Part shown: positions 41,748 to 51,278 of the stretch, in pieces
Layout of the letters: the number at the start of each line of letters is the position of its first letter
Numbering within the stretch: position 1 is the first letter of the stretch
Assembly: GCA_038872135.1 (NCBI GenBank)
Contig: JAVZGN010000002.1
Location: forward strand, 49,031-113,030
DNA: 64,000 bases
Reading direction: 5' to 3'
Source: Candidatus Hadarchaeales archaeon
GTDB taxonomy: Archaea; Hadarchaeota; Hadarchaeia; Hadarchaeales; Hadarchaeaceae
The notes under the pieces: generated by a model
The model's database searches: none
What the model was told of the DNA's origin: nothing
What the model saw: the letters and a program-made list of their open reading frames with translations, nothing else
Made by a program: the position numbers and the translations under genes

Positions 41748-42350
41748 GTGAGAGAAGCAAAATTCTGGCAGATAAAACCCGAGATAAGAATTCTCGGGGT
41801 GGACGATGGATCCTTCGCTCCGCATATAAGAACCGTGCCTCTTGTTGCAACTGTTTTCAGGGGGGGAAAGTGGTTTGATGGAGTAATGAAGACAGATATT
41901 GCGAAGGATGGAGAGGATGTCACAGAAAAGCTGATTGCAATGGTGAGGAAGAGCCGCCATCTTGGCCAGCTCAGGGTGATAATGACAGATGGAATAACAT
42001 TTGGTGGTTTCAATGTCCTCGACGCTAGGAGAGTTTTCAGGGAGCTGGGGCTTCCCGTAATAGCCGTTTCGAGGAGACGGCCGAACATGGTGGAAATAAA
42101 GAGAGCGATTAAGCACCTCCCTGGCTGGAAGAAAAGGTGGGAAATTCTAAGAAAGACGGGAAAGATCTACAGCGTCAAGACGATGCACAGGGGTGGAGAG
42201 ATATTCATCCAGCCCATCGGGATAAAAATCGGAGATGCGAGAAGGATAGTTGAGATGAGTTCTATTAGGAGCTTGATTCCCGAGCCGATAAGAGCGGCCC
42301 ACATGATCGCCACAGCAATTGCGATGGGGGAGAGTCATGGTAGGGTTTAG
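41748..42350 (+). CDS. DUF99/UPF0215 endonuclease V-like protein
   Basis: ILGVDDG, DGEDVT, DGITFGGFNVLD, IPEPIRAAH. Confidence 0.88.
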   Translation: MREAKFWQIKPEIRILGVDDGSFAPHIRTVPLVATVFRGGKWFDGVMKTDIAKDGEDVTEKLIAMVRKSRHLGQLRVIMTDGITFGGFNVLDARRVFRELGLPVIAVSRRRPNMVEIKRAIKHLPGWKKRWEILRKTGKIYSVKTMHRGGEIFIQPIGIKIGDARRIVEMSSIRSLIPEPIRAAHMIATAIAMGESHGRV

Positions 42351-42927
42351 AAAACTTTTGAAAGGATTTCTTGCTCATGGAACTGTAAGGTGGTTTTTGG
42401 AACTCCTTCTGACCCTAGGAGTTCTATACTTTGCCATGGCCGGGACGATGATTTTGATTTTCAGAACTAATTCCTACTGGATGGGGGTGATCTCTGGGAG
42501 CATGAAACATGAAGGTGAAGGATGGAGGGAATATTTTGAAAATGGGAGGGTGAGAGAGGCCTTCTTGATAGCAGAAGGTGCCCCCGTCTTTTATCAGACG
42601 ACCTACGACACAAAGAAATTTCCGATTCAGGGAGGTTTTGAACGCGGAGATCTCCTGATCATTCAGGGTGTGTCTTCTGTGGCCGAGATTTCCGTTGGAG
42701 ATGTCATCATCATAGACAGGCGCCCGCGCAACCCTGTAGCCCTCACCCACAGGGTTCTGGGTGTGTGGCAGGAAAATGGGAAGGTGAGATTTACAACAAA
42801 GGGGGACCACAATCCATATCTAATAGAGCCTGATGATGTCGTCGTCCTGCCTGAAAAGATAGTTGGGAAGGTGATTTTCGTTGTCCCAAAGCTCGGATTC
42901 TTCTCCCTCTGGAGCCAGGGAAAATAA
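42337..42927 (+). CDS. Signal peptidase I (Sec11 type)
   Basis: TM segment, VISGSM, GDL, THRV, TKGDHN, IVGKV...PKLG. Confidence 0.88.
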   Translation: MVGFRKLLKGFLAHGTVRWFLELLLTLGVLYFAMAGTMILIFRTNSYWMGVISGSMKHEGEGWREYFENGRVREAFLIAEGAPVFYQTTYDTKKFPIQGGFERGDLLIIQGVSSVAEISVGDVIIIDRRPRNPVALTHRVLGVWQENGKVRFTTKGDHNPYLIEPDDVVVLPEKIVGKVIFVVPKLGFFSLWSQGK

Positions 42928-42931
42928 AAAG

Positions 42932-43315
42932 TTGCCTGTTGTCATGGTGGATGTCGTAATAGTTTCTCAGGATGGAGTTATCTTGGTGAAAAGAAAAAAG
43001 GAGCCTTTTAAAGGGAAGTGGGCAATTCCCGGGGGTTTTGTTGAGTATGGGGAAAGGGTTGAAGATGCTGCAAAGAGGGAGGCCAGGGAAGAAACTGGGC
43101 TTGAAGTTGAGATTCTGAGAATTCTCGGGGTCTACTCAGATCCAGATAGGGACCCGCGAGGGCACAGCGTGAGCGTATGCTATCTCGCAAAACCCGTGGG
43201 TGGAGAGCTGCGAGGCGGGAGTGATGCCGCAGATGCCAGGGTTTTTCGCAAAATTCCATGGAAAAAATTGGCTTTCGACCACGCAAAGATATTAAAGGAT
43301 GCGGGCTTCAGATGA
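42932..43315 (+). CDS. NUDIX hydrolase
   Basis: GGFVEYGERVEDAAKREAREETGL; RDPR; LAFDH. Confidence 0.93.
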   Translation: MPVVMVDVVIVSQDGVILVKRKKEPFKGKWAIPGGFVEYGERVEDAAKREAREETGLEVEILRILGVYSDPDRDPRGHSVSVCYLAKPVGGELRGGSDAADARVFRKIPWKKLAFDHAKILKDAGFR

Positions 43316-43319
43316 AACG

Positions 43320-43649
43320 ATGGAATTCTGCAAGAAGTGTGGATCTCTGATGCTCCCGAGAAAAACCGAAGAAGGGATATTCCTAGAATGCACATCCTGT
43401 GGAAAAATTGAAAAAGCGAAAGATACCAAAAACTACAGGGCGATTGAAAAGAGTGTGGCGGCTGAAAAGGAGATTCCAGTCATTGAAGAGGAAGCTCCCG
43501 CCACCCTGCCCATAACAAAGGTTACATGCCCGAAGTGCGGAAACAACCGGGCATACTGGTGGATCAAACAAACCAGGGCAGCGGATGAACCCTCCACGAG
43601 ATTCTACAAATGCACAAAATGCGGGAAGGTTTGGAGGGAGTATGCGTAG
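43320..43649 (+). CDS. tfs: Transcription factor S (TFS/RpoM)
   Basis: MEFCKKCGSLM...CPKCGN...QTRAADEP..RFYKCTKCG. Confidence 0.95.
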   Translation: MEFCKKCGSLMLPRKTEEGIFLECTSCGKIEKAKDTKNYRAIEKSVAAEKEIPVIEEEAPATLPITKVTCPKCGNNRAYWWIKQTRAADEPSTRFYKCTKCGKVWREYA

Positions 43650-43660
43650 GTGATTTTTCC

Positions 43661-44020
43661 ATGAGCTATCCCCTTTCAACGGCTCCGGCGATTCCAAAAA
43701 AGATATCAGAGATTACAGCCTCTTCTGAGAGGGTGAGGGTCTTCGGAGTTGTTGTCGCCAAGGGGGAGGGGGAGCTTTTGATTGATGATAGATCAGGACA
43801 GATAAATGTGGTTTTTGAGGATCCTCAGACGATAAAAGATGTAAAAGTTCAATCGATGGTGCGGGTCTTTGGCGTCCCAATGGTTACGGAAGAGGGGGTG
43901 GAGCTGAGGGGGGAAATCATTCAAAAGCTTGATGGACTAAAGATAGAGCTTTATGAAGAAGTGCAGAGGGAATGGAGGAGATTGGAGGAAGAAGTGAGGC
44001 GGTTGAGTGGTAAGAGTTAG
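43661..44020 (+). CDS. OB-fold protein, RPA small-subunit-like
   Basis: RVRVFGVV...IDDRSGQI...VRVFG; C-terminal helix; lies between tfs and pcn. Confidence 0.7.
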   Translation: MSYPLSTAPAIPKKISEITASSERVRVFGVVVAKGEGELLIDDRSGQINVVFEDPQTIKDVKVQSMVRVFGVPMVTEEGVELRGEIIQKLDGLKIELYEEVQREWRRLEEEVRRLSGKS

Positions 44021-44756
44021 AATGAAGAGCCCGGAAGTCTGGAAGACATTCGTGAAGTCGGTTGTGAACCTCATAGGAGAGGGGGCTATGAAATTTGAGA
44101 GCGATGGAGTGAAGATGAAGGCAATAGACCCCTCCCGCGCCGTCCTCGTTGACTTCCATCTCAAAAAAGATGCTTTTGAAGCATATGAGGTGAAGGAATC
44201 TAAACTTGTGGGGGTGAAATTCGACGAGCTGGAAAAGGTTCTCTCTAGAGCAAAATCTGATGATGAGCTGATAATGGAGCTGGATGAAACCCAAGGAAAG
44301 CTTGCGATAACCTTCAAGGGAGCCTCAACGAGAAAACTCAGCATCCCTTTGATCTCTGTGGATGAGAGGGAACTCCCTGAGCCGAAGATTCAGTTCACGG
44401 CGGAGGTTGAGGTTACTGGCGAAGTCATCCAGGATGGATTGAAGGATGCCGAGATGGTTGGAGAGACAATAAAGTTCATTGTGGATAAAGATGAGTTCCA
44501 AATGATCGGGGAGGGAACAGAGGGGAGGTCTGAACTGAAGCTGTCCAAGGGGGACAAGGGGCTTGTGAAGATATCGGTCCAGCAGCCGGCGAAATCGAAG
44601 TTTGGGCTGAAAAACATTGCAGAGATAACGAGGGGAGTGAAGGGGTCTGATGTCGTCAAAATAAGCCTTGGGACAGACATTCCCCTGCAGCTTGACCTCC
44701 CGCTGGAAAATGGAAAGCTGAGATTTTTTGTCGCCCCCTACATTGATGTTGAGTAG
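44007..44756 (+). CDS. pcn: PCNA sliding clamp
   Basis: AIDPSRAVLV, GTDIPL, FFVAP. Confidence 0.93.
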   Translation: MVRVRMKSPEVWKTFVKSVVNLIGEGAMKFESDGVKMKAIDPSRAVLVDFHLKKDAFEAYEVKESKLVGVKFDELEKVLSRAKSDDELIMELDETQGKLAITFKGASTRKLSIPLISVDERELPEPKIQFTAEVEVTGEVIQDGLKDAEMVGETIKFIVDKDEFQMIGEGTEGRSELKLSKGDKGLVKISVQQPAKSKFGLKNIAEITRGVKGSDVVKISLGTDIPLQLDLPLENGKLRFFVAPYIDVE

Positions 44757-44800
44757 TTCTGAAAGTTAAAAGCCGACCAGTAGATGATAATCGGGAGAAA

Positions 44801-46087
44801 ATGCTGCCGGGAGAATATCGGGCGGTCATAGATCCTTTTTCAGAAGAAGCTAGGGAGATTCTCAAGAGTGTCCCCTTGGAGAGCCTGCCAGCCGATGTTG
44901 TAGAGATGGCGGTGAAAAGGGTTGGATGGAGTGGAAGGGAGGGGATGATCGAAGCAAACATCGATGCAATAAAAGCTGATGTTCTCTCCTTTCACCTCAT
45001 GTGCATGGGGATAGCCTCGGTTTCCCATCCCTACTCGAGAGAGGTTGCCCTTGCCAGCGAAGCCACAAGAAATGTGATCAGATATAGGGTTTCCAAGCTT
45101 TTCGGGATGGGGGAGGAGAAGTTTTGCATAGAAACCATGGCAAAATATCTCAACCTGATTGATGTTGAAAAGGGAGAGAAATACAGGGTTGGGGATGCAG
45201 AGATTCCAGATGCAGATGTCTTTAGGATCAGAGACAAAAGGATGGAGAAAGATGGGAAGGAGGTTGATCCGGCATTTCTTTCCTGGTATTTTCCCCGATA
45301 TGCTGTGAGATGGACAGATCTGGCGCCGATCATGAGGAGGGGGAAAATAGACCTAACGGACCTTTACCTGATGAATGGATGGGCAGTGCTCACGACCAGA
45401 GACCTTTGGGATGTGTATGCCGACTTTATAAGCGTTAAAACTGAGGAGCATATCCAATCAATTTATGAGAAGATTCAGCCGGCGGGCGAAGGGGGAAGCG
45501 CTGGTGAATCTCTCTTCATAGAAGTGGGGGGAAGAATCTCTGCCCTAGTTCCGAAAACTTCGAGTGTTGGGGGGTGGTGGGCCGGAGCTGGAAAGCTAAG
45601 ACCGGAGTTTTTCCCGCCCTGCATCTTGGCAACACTTGAGGGGGTTGGTAGTGGGATGAGGAACTTTGCTATAACGATGCTGCTGACGACATTTCTCTCT
45701 TATGCGAGGGTTGCACCCTCAGGGAAGGTGGTTACAAAAATGGCTGATTTTATCGACGACATTTCGGTTGTAACAGAGGAGATTGCGCCGATCATCTTCC
45801 AGGCGGCCGAGAGATGCAATCCACCCCTGTTTAAAGATCAACCACAGGAGAAGGCAAACGTTTTTTACCACATGGGGTTTGGGATGACTACTGCGCCCAA
45901 GCTCTCGGACTCTGGAAAATCGAAGTGGTACCGGGTGCCGAATTGCTCGAAAATTCAGATGTCGACGCCAACGCTTTGTAGGCCGGATGAACTCTGCAGG
46001 AGGGTGAAGAATCCCCTCACCTACTACTTCAGGAAGAAAGCTGAGAGCTTCAGGAGGGGCAGTCAAACCAGTGGTGTCGGGGATTGA
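44801..46087 (+). CDS. priL: DNA primase large subunit
   Basis: DPFSEEA, FFPPCI..GV.SG.RNFAIT.LLT.FL, WY..PNC.KI...LC.PD..C..VKNPLTYY Fe-S domain. Confidence 0.88.
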   Translation: MLPGEYRAVIDPFSEEAREILKSVPLESLPADVVEMAVKRVGWSGREGMIEANIDAIKADVLSFHLMCMGIASVSHPYSREVALASEATRNVIRYRVSKLFGMGEEKFCIETMAKYLNLIDVEKGEKYRVGDAEIPDADVFRIRDKRMEKDGKEVDPAFLSWYFPRYAVRWTDLAPIMRRGKIDLTDLYLMNGWAVLTTRDLWDVYADFISVKTEEHIQSIYEKIQPAGEGGSAGESLFIEVGGRISALVPKTSSVGGWWAGAGKLRPEFFPPCILATLEGVGSGMRNFAITMLLTTFLSYARVAPSGKVVTKMADFIDDISVVTEEIAPIIFQAAERCNPPLFKDQPQEKANVFYHMGFGMTTAPKLSDSGKSKWYRVPNCSKIQMSTPTLCRPDELCRRVKNPLTYYFRKKAESFRRGSQTSGVGD

Positions 46088-46467
46088 GAAACTCCAGACG
46101 GCCTCTCGGTTTTTGTGGTCTTGGTGTCCACTGCGTGAAGTCTATATGTTTAACTGTGCCGCCCAATAATCTCGGCTCGACCTCCAATCCATTCTGGAGG
46201 CTGGCTTGGGACGAGACTGGGTCAGAAGCCCACAGGAGATGATCAACCATGTCAGGAACTCGAAGAGTTCCTAACACGTTTCGTCCATACGTATTTGGGG
46301 GTGCAAAAAATCTGCGCTTGCGTTTTCTCTCCACCGTGGCCGATAACATCAACCAATGAGAGGGCCGCTATCCTCTGACGCTGATGGATTAAGCTTTGGA
46401 TGGGATGTGTATTTGTGCCTTTTAACATTAGTAAAATTTAAATAATGTTAATAATTCTAATATTATT

Positions 46468-47751
46468 GTGGAAAAACAAGAAATAATTCCAAGGGATATT
46501 TTAACAAAATTCGAGAAATTGCTAGAAAGACGAGAGGCTCTTGCGATAAAAGGTCCCCGACAATCGGGGAAGACAACTCTTTTGAAAATCTTGGCGAGAA
46601 GACTTGAGAACGCAGGCAAAGTCGTTTTTCTGAATTTCGAGGACCCCGATGTGCTCGAAGCCTTTGAGAGGGACCCCAAGGGTTATGTGCGGAGCTTCAT
46701 GCTCGGTCCCGAAAGGCATTACTTCTTGATGGACGAGTTCCACTACATCAGTGAACCTGGAAAGAAACTCAAGTTACTCTACGACACCTTCGAGAATGCG
46801 AAGTTCATCGTCACCGGTAGTTCCTCCCTAGAACTCGGTGGGGCGATGGCGAAATTTTTGGTGGGTCGAGTGTTTTTCTTTGAGTTGCTTCCCTTCAGCT
46901 TCCACGAGTTCCTAGTGGCAAAAAACGAGAGATTGGCTAAGATTTATGAGAAAAAGAACGAAGCCATCAAAGCCTTCATGCTGGGAGAAGAAGTAGAACT
47001 GGAAGAAGATATCTTCGTGAAAGAGCTTGAGCCCCTTTTCCTTGAGTACCTCACTTACGGCGGCTATCCGGCTGTGGTCTTGGCTAACGATGCGGAGACA
47101 AAGCGAATGATCCTGAAAGGCATATACGATACATACATTTCCAAAGATGTGATTGAGTTTTTGAAATTCACCGACGCGTTCAAGTACAGAGATACTATCA
47201 GGATCCTAGCAGCGTCGGTTGGAGGATTGCTAAACTACCAAGCGGTGGGCTCGGCGGTCCAAAGCTACTTCAAGGAGCTGAAGCGGATCCTCTCGATTCT
47301 CTCCGAAACGTACGTGATAATCTTGCTCCGACCATTCTCAAGGAACCCGAGAACCGAGCTAAGGAAAAGCCCAAAGGTCTATTTCTTTGACTTGGGGCTC
47401 AGGAACTATGTGCTAAACAATTTTAACCCACTCGACAGGAGGGCTGATGCCGGAGCGATGGTTGAAAACTTCGTGCTGCTGGAGCTAATGCGTGCCTTCC
47501 CAGCTGAGTCCTTAAATTACTGGCGGACGATAGCAAAAGCCGAGGTAGACTTCGTGCTGAGGGTCGGGGAAAAATTGATACCGATAGAGGCCAAATATCA
47601 AAGTTTCGCGGAACCAAAAATCTCAAGAAGCCTCCGGAGCTTCATCCACACTTACAGCCCAGAGCGCGCTTTGGTTGTGACCCGCGATAGGTGGGCGAGG
47701 AGTGAAATTGATGGAACAAAAGTGCTTTTCGCTCCCGCCTGTTACATTTAA
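46468..47751 (+). CDS. AAA+ ATPase with C-terminal DUF4143 nuclease-like domain (COG1373-like)
   Basis: GPRQSGKTT, DEFH, TGSSS, GGYP, PKVYFFDLGL, ENFV, EVDFV...PIEAK. Confidence 0.9.
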   Translation: MEKQEIIPRDILTKFEKLLERREALAIKGPRQSGKTTLLKILARRLENAGKVVFLNFEDPDVLEAFERDPKGYVRSFMLGPERHYFLMDEFHYISEPGKKLKLLYDTFENAKFIVTGSSSLELGGAMAKFLVGRVFFFELLPFSFHEFLVAKNERLAKIYEKKNEAIKAFMLGEEVELEEDIFVKELEPLFLEYLTYGGYPAVVLANDAETKRMILKGIYDTYISKDVIEFLKFTDAFKYRDTIRILAASVGGLLNYQAVGSAVQSYFKELKRILSILSETYVIILLRPFSRNPRTELRKSPKVYFFDLGLRNYVLNNFNPLDRRADAGAMVENFVLLELMRAFPAESLNYWRTIAKAEVDFVLRVGEKLIPIEAKYQSFAEPKISRSLRSFIHTYSPERALVVTRDRWARSEIDGTKVLFAPACYI

Positions 47752-50462
47752 CGATGCACAAGCTTGGATTCTTCCTCATGACCTAATCTTAGGCCGCTTG
47801 AGATTTCGGGGAGACTCTTCTTCCCGAGCCTGAGGTACCTCCACACAACAGCTAAAACAACGATTGAAAGGACTATGAAGGCGGCCACAATGAGGTAGGG
47901 GGACGAAACACCGGCTAGAGGAACTGTCGGCATCGTAGAAATTGTGATGGTGTGAACGGAGAAGTAAGGGATTGAGACGATAACTTGGATCCCTCTGCCT
48001 CCCTTCACCAAATAATATTCTGGTAAACCATTGTCATTTGTCGGGTCGAGGGCATCTACATAATCATCTGCAAGGGCTATTTCAACGTCATTGAGGAGGA
48101 CCCTAGCAGTCCATCCCGCCGGGAGCACTCGATTTTCAACATTTATCACAACTGTTGTGCCATTTTCCATCGAGCTGATGTTCTCCACGACGAGCTCTAC
48201 TTTTTCACCGAATACTACCGTGCCGAGTGTTATCCTGAGGTCCTTGTGCTCGTATCCCCTTGAAATTCCCGGTTTTTCAGCTTCAATTCTGATAGCCACG
48301 ACCGCTCCGAGATTTCCCCTTAGGAAGGCATTTTCCAGCTCCCTCAATTTCTCCTCTTCAACTGGAACTCCGATATCAGCAGCCTGCTCGATAAAGTTGT
48401 TTTCCATGACTTCCATTTTCTGCTCTACCAGCTGGCTCACCACCGTAGCAGTGGAAATAGCAGTGGTAGCAGAATAGATGTTGTCGCCGGCAAAAAATGC
48501 GGTTATAGTGGCAGTTGTCTGATTTTCCACAATTGGGGCTGTGAAGATGACCGTGGCCTGCCCAGAGTTGTCAGTACTGCTGGTGAAGTAGCTGAGGCTT
48601 CCGAGGGTTGTTGACCAGGAGATGATTTTGCTGGAAAGTGGAAGCCCTCGCGAGGTGAGCTTGACGATCAAAGTCTCGGTCTTTCCAGATCCTATTACGA
48701 AACTTGCCGGGGAAATCGTGAGGGTTGTGGGAGCCGGGGTTATCGTCACCGTCAGACTCGCATTGCTCGAATAATAGCTCGCATCCCCGGCGAAAGAAGC
48801 CGTGACCACAACATTTTCGGATGCCGCGACACCTTGGGCAATGTAAATAACTGAGGCATTGCCATTCCCATCGGTTGTAGTGGCGGTCGCCGAGAGAACA
48901 CCTTTTGCAACACTCCAGGAAATGGTCTTTCCTGAAAGGACCAACCCATTCGCGTCTTTGAGGGTAGCCGTCAGCATCACCGAATCGCCGGGTAAAATGC
49001 TCAGGCTAGAAGGAGCTATCGTTAAAAAGGTGGAGATTCTTGAGGGGGGAGGGGAGGGCGTTGTAATTCTCGCGCTCCGGCTTTCGACCATCTGAAACCA
49101 AGTTGTTGTCGTAACAGTTGCACTCCTGCTCTCAGCCAGAGTATACCACAAAGCTGTTGTGATTGTAGCAGCCCAATTTTCGGCCAGCTGAAACCATGCT
49201 GGTTCTTTTGGCCCTATTTGCACGGATGGCATAGGATCTATCGACTTTCGAAGAATTTTCCAGACATCACGCCTGTAATTCCCATCGTAACCTCCCATCA
49301 CCCAGACTGCATCTTTGAAAACAACTGATGAGTGTTCATATCTCGCGCTCCATGTGACTCCGGTCAATTTCGTCCAGCTTGAGCCATTTTCTGAATACCA
49401 AATGTCGGAAAGATATTCCGCCCACAACTCCCCATTGCCACCAATAACCCACATCCGGTTGTCAAAAACAACTGAAGTGTGATATCTCCTGGGAGTCCAG
49501 CCGCCATTTCCAGTCGCTTGGAACCAGTTTTCACCATCTGAAGAGTACCAGACATCATTCTTGAAAGCACCGCTTGAGTATCCTCCAATCACCCACATCC
49601 TGTTGTTGAAGACCACCGAGGAATGGCTGTGGCGCGGGCTCCAAGGGGCTGCTGAAGTAACCTGACACCAGTTAACACCATCACTAGAATACCAGACATC
49701 ATTCTTGTAGTTGCCATCATAACCTCCGATTACCCAGATTTTACCGGCAAAAACAATCGAAGTGTGGCCCCATCTCGCCGACCATCCTGGAGAAGATGTT
49801 GCGAGTATCCAGTTTTCGCCATTCTCCGAATACCAGACCTCAGAGTCTGGGCCACCGATTACCCACATCCGATTGTTGAAAACCACCGATGTGTGATTTC
49901 TTCGCGAAGTCCATCCCGCATTGTCAACAACTAGCATCCAGTTAACTCCATCGGCTGAACACCAGACATCATTTTCTGCGTTTTCAGCCCCTCCTCCAAT
50001 CACCCAGATTTTATTATCAAATACGAGGGAAGTGTGGGCATACCTTGGAGACCAGCCGGCATCTGCCGTCGCCTGAACATCAGCATACGGAAGAATAGTG
50101 TTCTCCCAGCTGCTCACATTTGTGGCCGTGGGATTTCCATAGTAAACGTAAATCGTGTTGTCGGAATTTTCAGGCCTCCGCACCCAAATAGTCGCGTTGT
50201 CTGGGGTGTAGTTCTCGACCCAGAAATTGAGAAGGCCGAAATTATCGTTCTCCAGAAACCTTAGATCTCTGAAGTCTGGTTGCATCTCAGCGTAGAAGGG
50301 GAGAATTATCTTCAGATGAATATTCTCGGGATGAGGGGAAATTGTGATGGCCCTCCTCCTCGTCCAACTCTCATCCCACCATCCGGCGGCTGCTGCGTAG
50401 GGAGAACTTAGAAGCATCGACAAGAGAAAAATCACTAAAAACGCCCGCGAAAACCGTTGCAT
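47748..50462 (-). CDS. Membrane-anchored surface protein: DUF2341-like N-domain, Kelch beta-propeller, 3 Trp repeats, 2 Ig-like domains, C-terminal TM
   Basis: Signal MQRFSRAFLVIFLLSMLLSSPYAAA; WWDESWTRRRAITI..DLRF..IYVYYGNP; repeated R..HTSVVF...WVIGG...DVWYS; YLIVAAFIVLSIVVLAVVW. Confidence 0.88.
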   Translation of the reverse strand: MQRFSRAFLVIFLLSMLLSSPYAAAAGWWDESWTRRRAITISPHPENIHLKIILPFYAEMQPDFRDLRFLENDNFGLLNFWVENYTPDNATIWVRRPENSDNTIYVYYGNPTATNVSSWENTILPYADVQATADAGWSPRYAHTSLVFDNKIWVIGGGAENAENDVWCSADGVNWMLVVDNAGWTSRRNHTSVVFNNRMWVIGGPDSEVWYSENGENWILATSSPGWSARWGHTSIVFAGKIWVIGGYDGNYKNDVWYSSDGVNWCQVTSAAPWSPRHSHSSVVFNNRMWVIGGYSSGAFKNDVWYSSDGENWFQATGNGGWTPRRYHTSVVFDNRMWVIGGNGELWAEYLSDIWYSENGSSWTKLTGVTWSARYEHSSVVFKDAVWVMGGYDGNYRRDVWKILRKSIDPMPSVQIGPKEPAWFQLAENWAATITTALWYTLAESRSATVTTTTWFQMVESRSARITTPSPPPSRISTFLTIAPSSLSILPGDSVMLTATLKDANGLVLSGKTISWSVAKGVLSATATTTDGNGNASVIYIAQGVAASENVVVTASFAGDASYYSSNASLTVTITPAPTTLTISPASFVIGSGKTETLIVKLTSRGLPLSSKIISWSTTLGSLSYFTSSTDNSGQATVIFTAPIVENQTTATITAFFAGDNIYSATTAISTATVVSQLVEQKMEVMENNFIEQAADIGVPVEEEKLRELENAFLRGNLGAVVAIRIEAEKPGISRGYEHKDLRITLGTVVFGEKVELVVENISSMENGTTVVINVENRVLPAGWTARVLLNDVEIALADDYVDALDPTNDNGLPEYYLVKGGRGIQVIVSIPYFSVHTITISTMPTVPLAGVSSPYLIVAAFIVLSIVVLAVVWRYLRLGKKSLPEISSGLRLGHEEESKLVHR

Positions 50463-50464
50463 GA

Positions 50465-51061
50465 TTAGCCCCATAGCCATAGACTTACAGTAAATCCTGC
50501 ATAAGAGCCAGCGGGCAACTTCCATCCCGTTCCATTATTGTCGAACACTGCATTTATCCTCACATATCCGTTGGCCGTCCCATACCCGGAGTTTTCAAAA
50601 ACATATTCAATCAAGTCGGTTGAGTTATCATGCCAGCTGAAGCCTGATGTCCATTGCAACTCAACCTTTACATTTTCTTTTGAAGCGTAGGCTGGTGGAT
50701 CTCCATCCAAATTTATTGCATCTGCCCTCACAGCCGGCACCACATCGAAGGGGGTCTCATAGGGGATATCAACAGTCTGACCGGGCCCAGTTATTACATC
50801 TAGACAATAGTTTGTATTTCCCGCATATTGACCAAGCCAGCTATTTTTATCATATCCAGAACCATGCTTCATTATATAGATGTTTTCAAACCCATCGGTG
50901 TTTTCTGAGATAAAAGAGTATCCACTTCCGCTCCAGACGGCAACGAGTCTCCACCGAGGTCCCTGAACAATCGATTCTTTGGCAGGGAGATATGAAGTGA
51001 TAAGTAAAACAGCGATTACCAAAGTAGCTAAAATTCCTGCAGCCTGCCATCTTCCAATCAT
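50465..51061 (-). CDS. Uncharacterised exported or single-pass protein, paralog of 36720-37370
   Basis: N-terminal hydrophobic helix; shares ENIYI, GQTVD, AVRA, KEN, EYVFE.SGYGTANGY.R.N...DN.G.G with the paralog. Confidence 0.82.
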   Translation of the reverse strand: MIGRWQAAGILATLVIAVLLITSYLPAKESIVQGPRWRLVAVWSGSGYSFISENTDGFENIYIMKHGSGYDKNSWLGQYAGNTNYCLDVITGPGQTVDIPYETPFDVVPAVRADAINLDGDPPAYASKENVKVELQWTSGFSWHDNSTDLIEYVFENSGYGTANGYVRINAVFDNNGTGWKLPAGSYAGFTVSLWLWG

Positions 51062-51278
51062 CTTCCCAAATAGACTCCTTTTTTCTGCCTAAAAGCGATG
51101 TACATGGAAAATTTCTATGAACTATTTTATCCATGAAAAATTGCCTGAGAAGCAAAGGAAGTAGTGCAACCATCATCAATTTGAACATTGCCCTTTCTCA
51201 ACTACAATGAGGAGGCTTTTGCGGGCTTAACAAAAAGTTAAAATGGCGATAACGCCGATGGATAAAAGAGTGAGCTAG

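Noticed and set aside
46050-46460. ORF 46050-46352 or an ncRNA downstream of priL
   Set aside because: No recognisable motifs or convincing structure; probably decayed sequence near a rearrangement junction.
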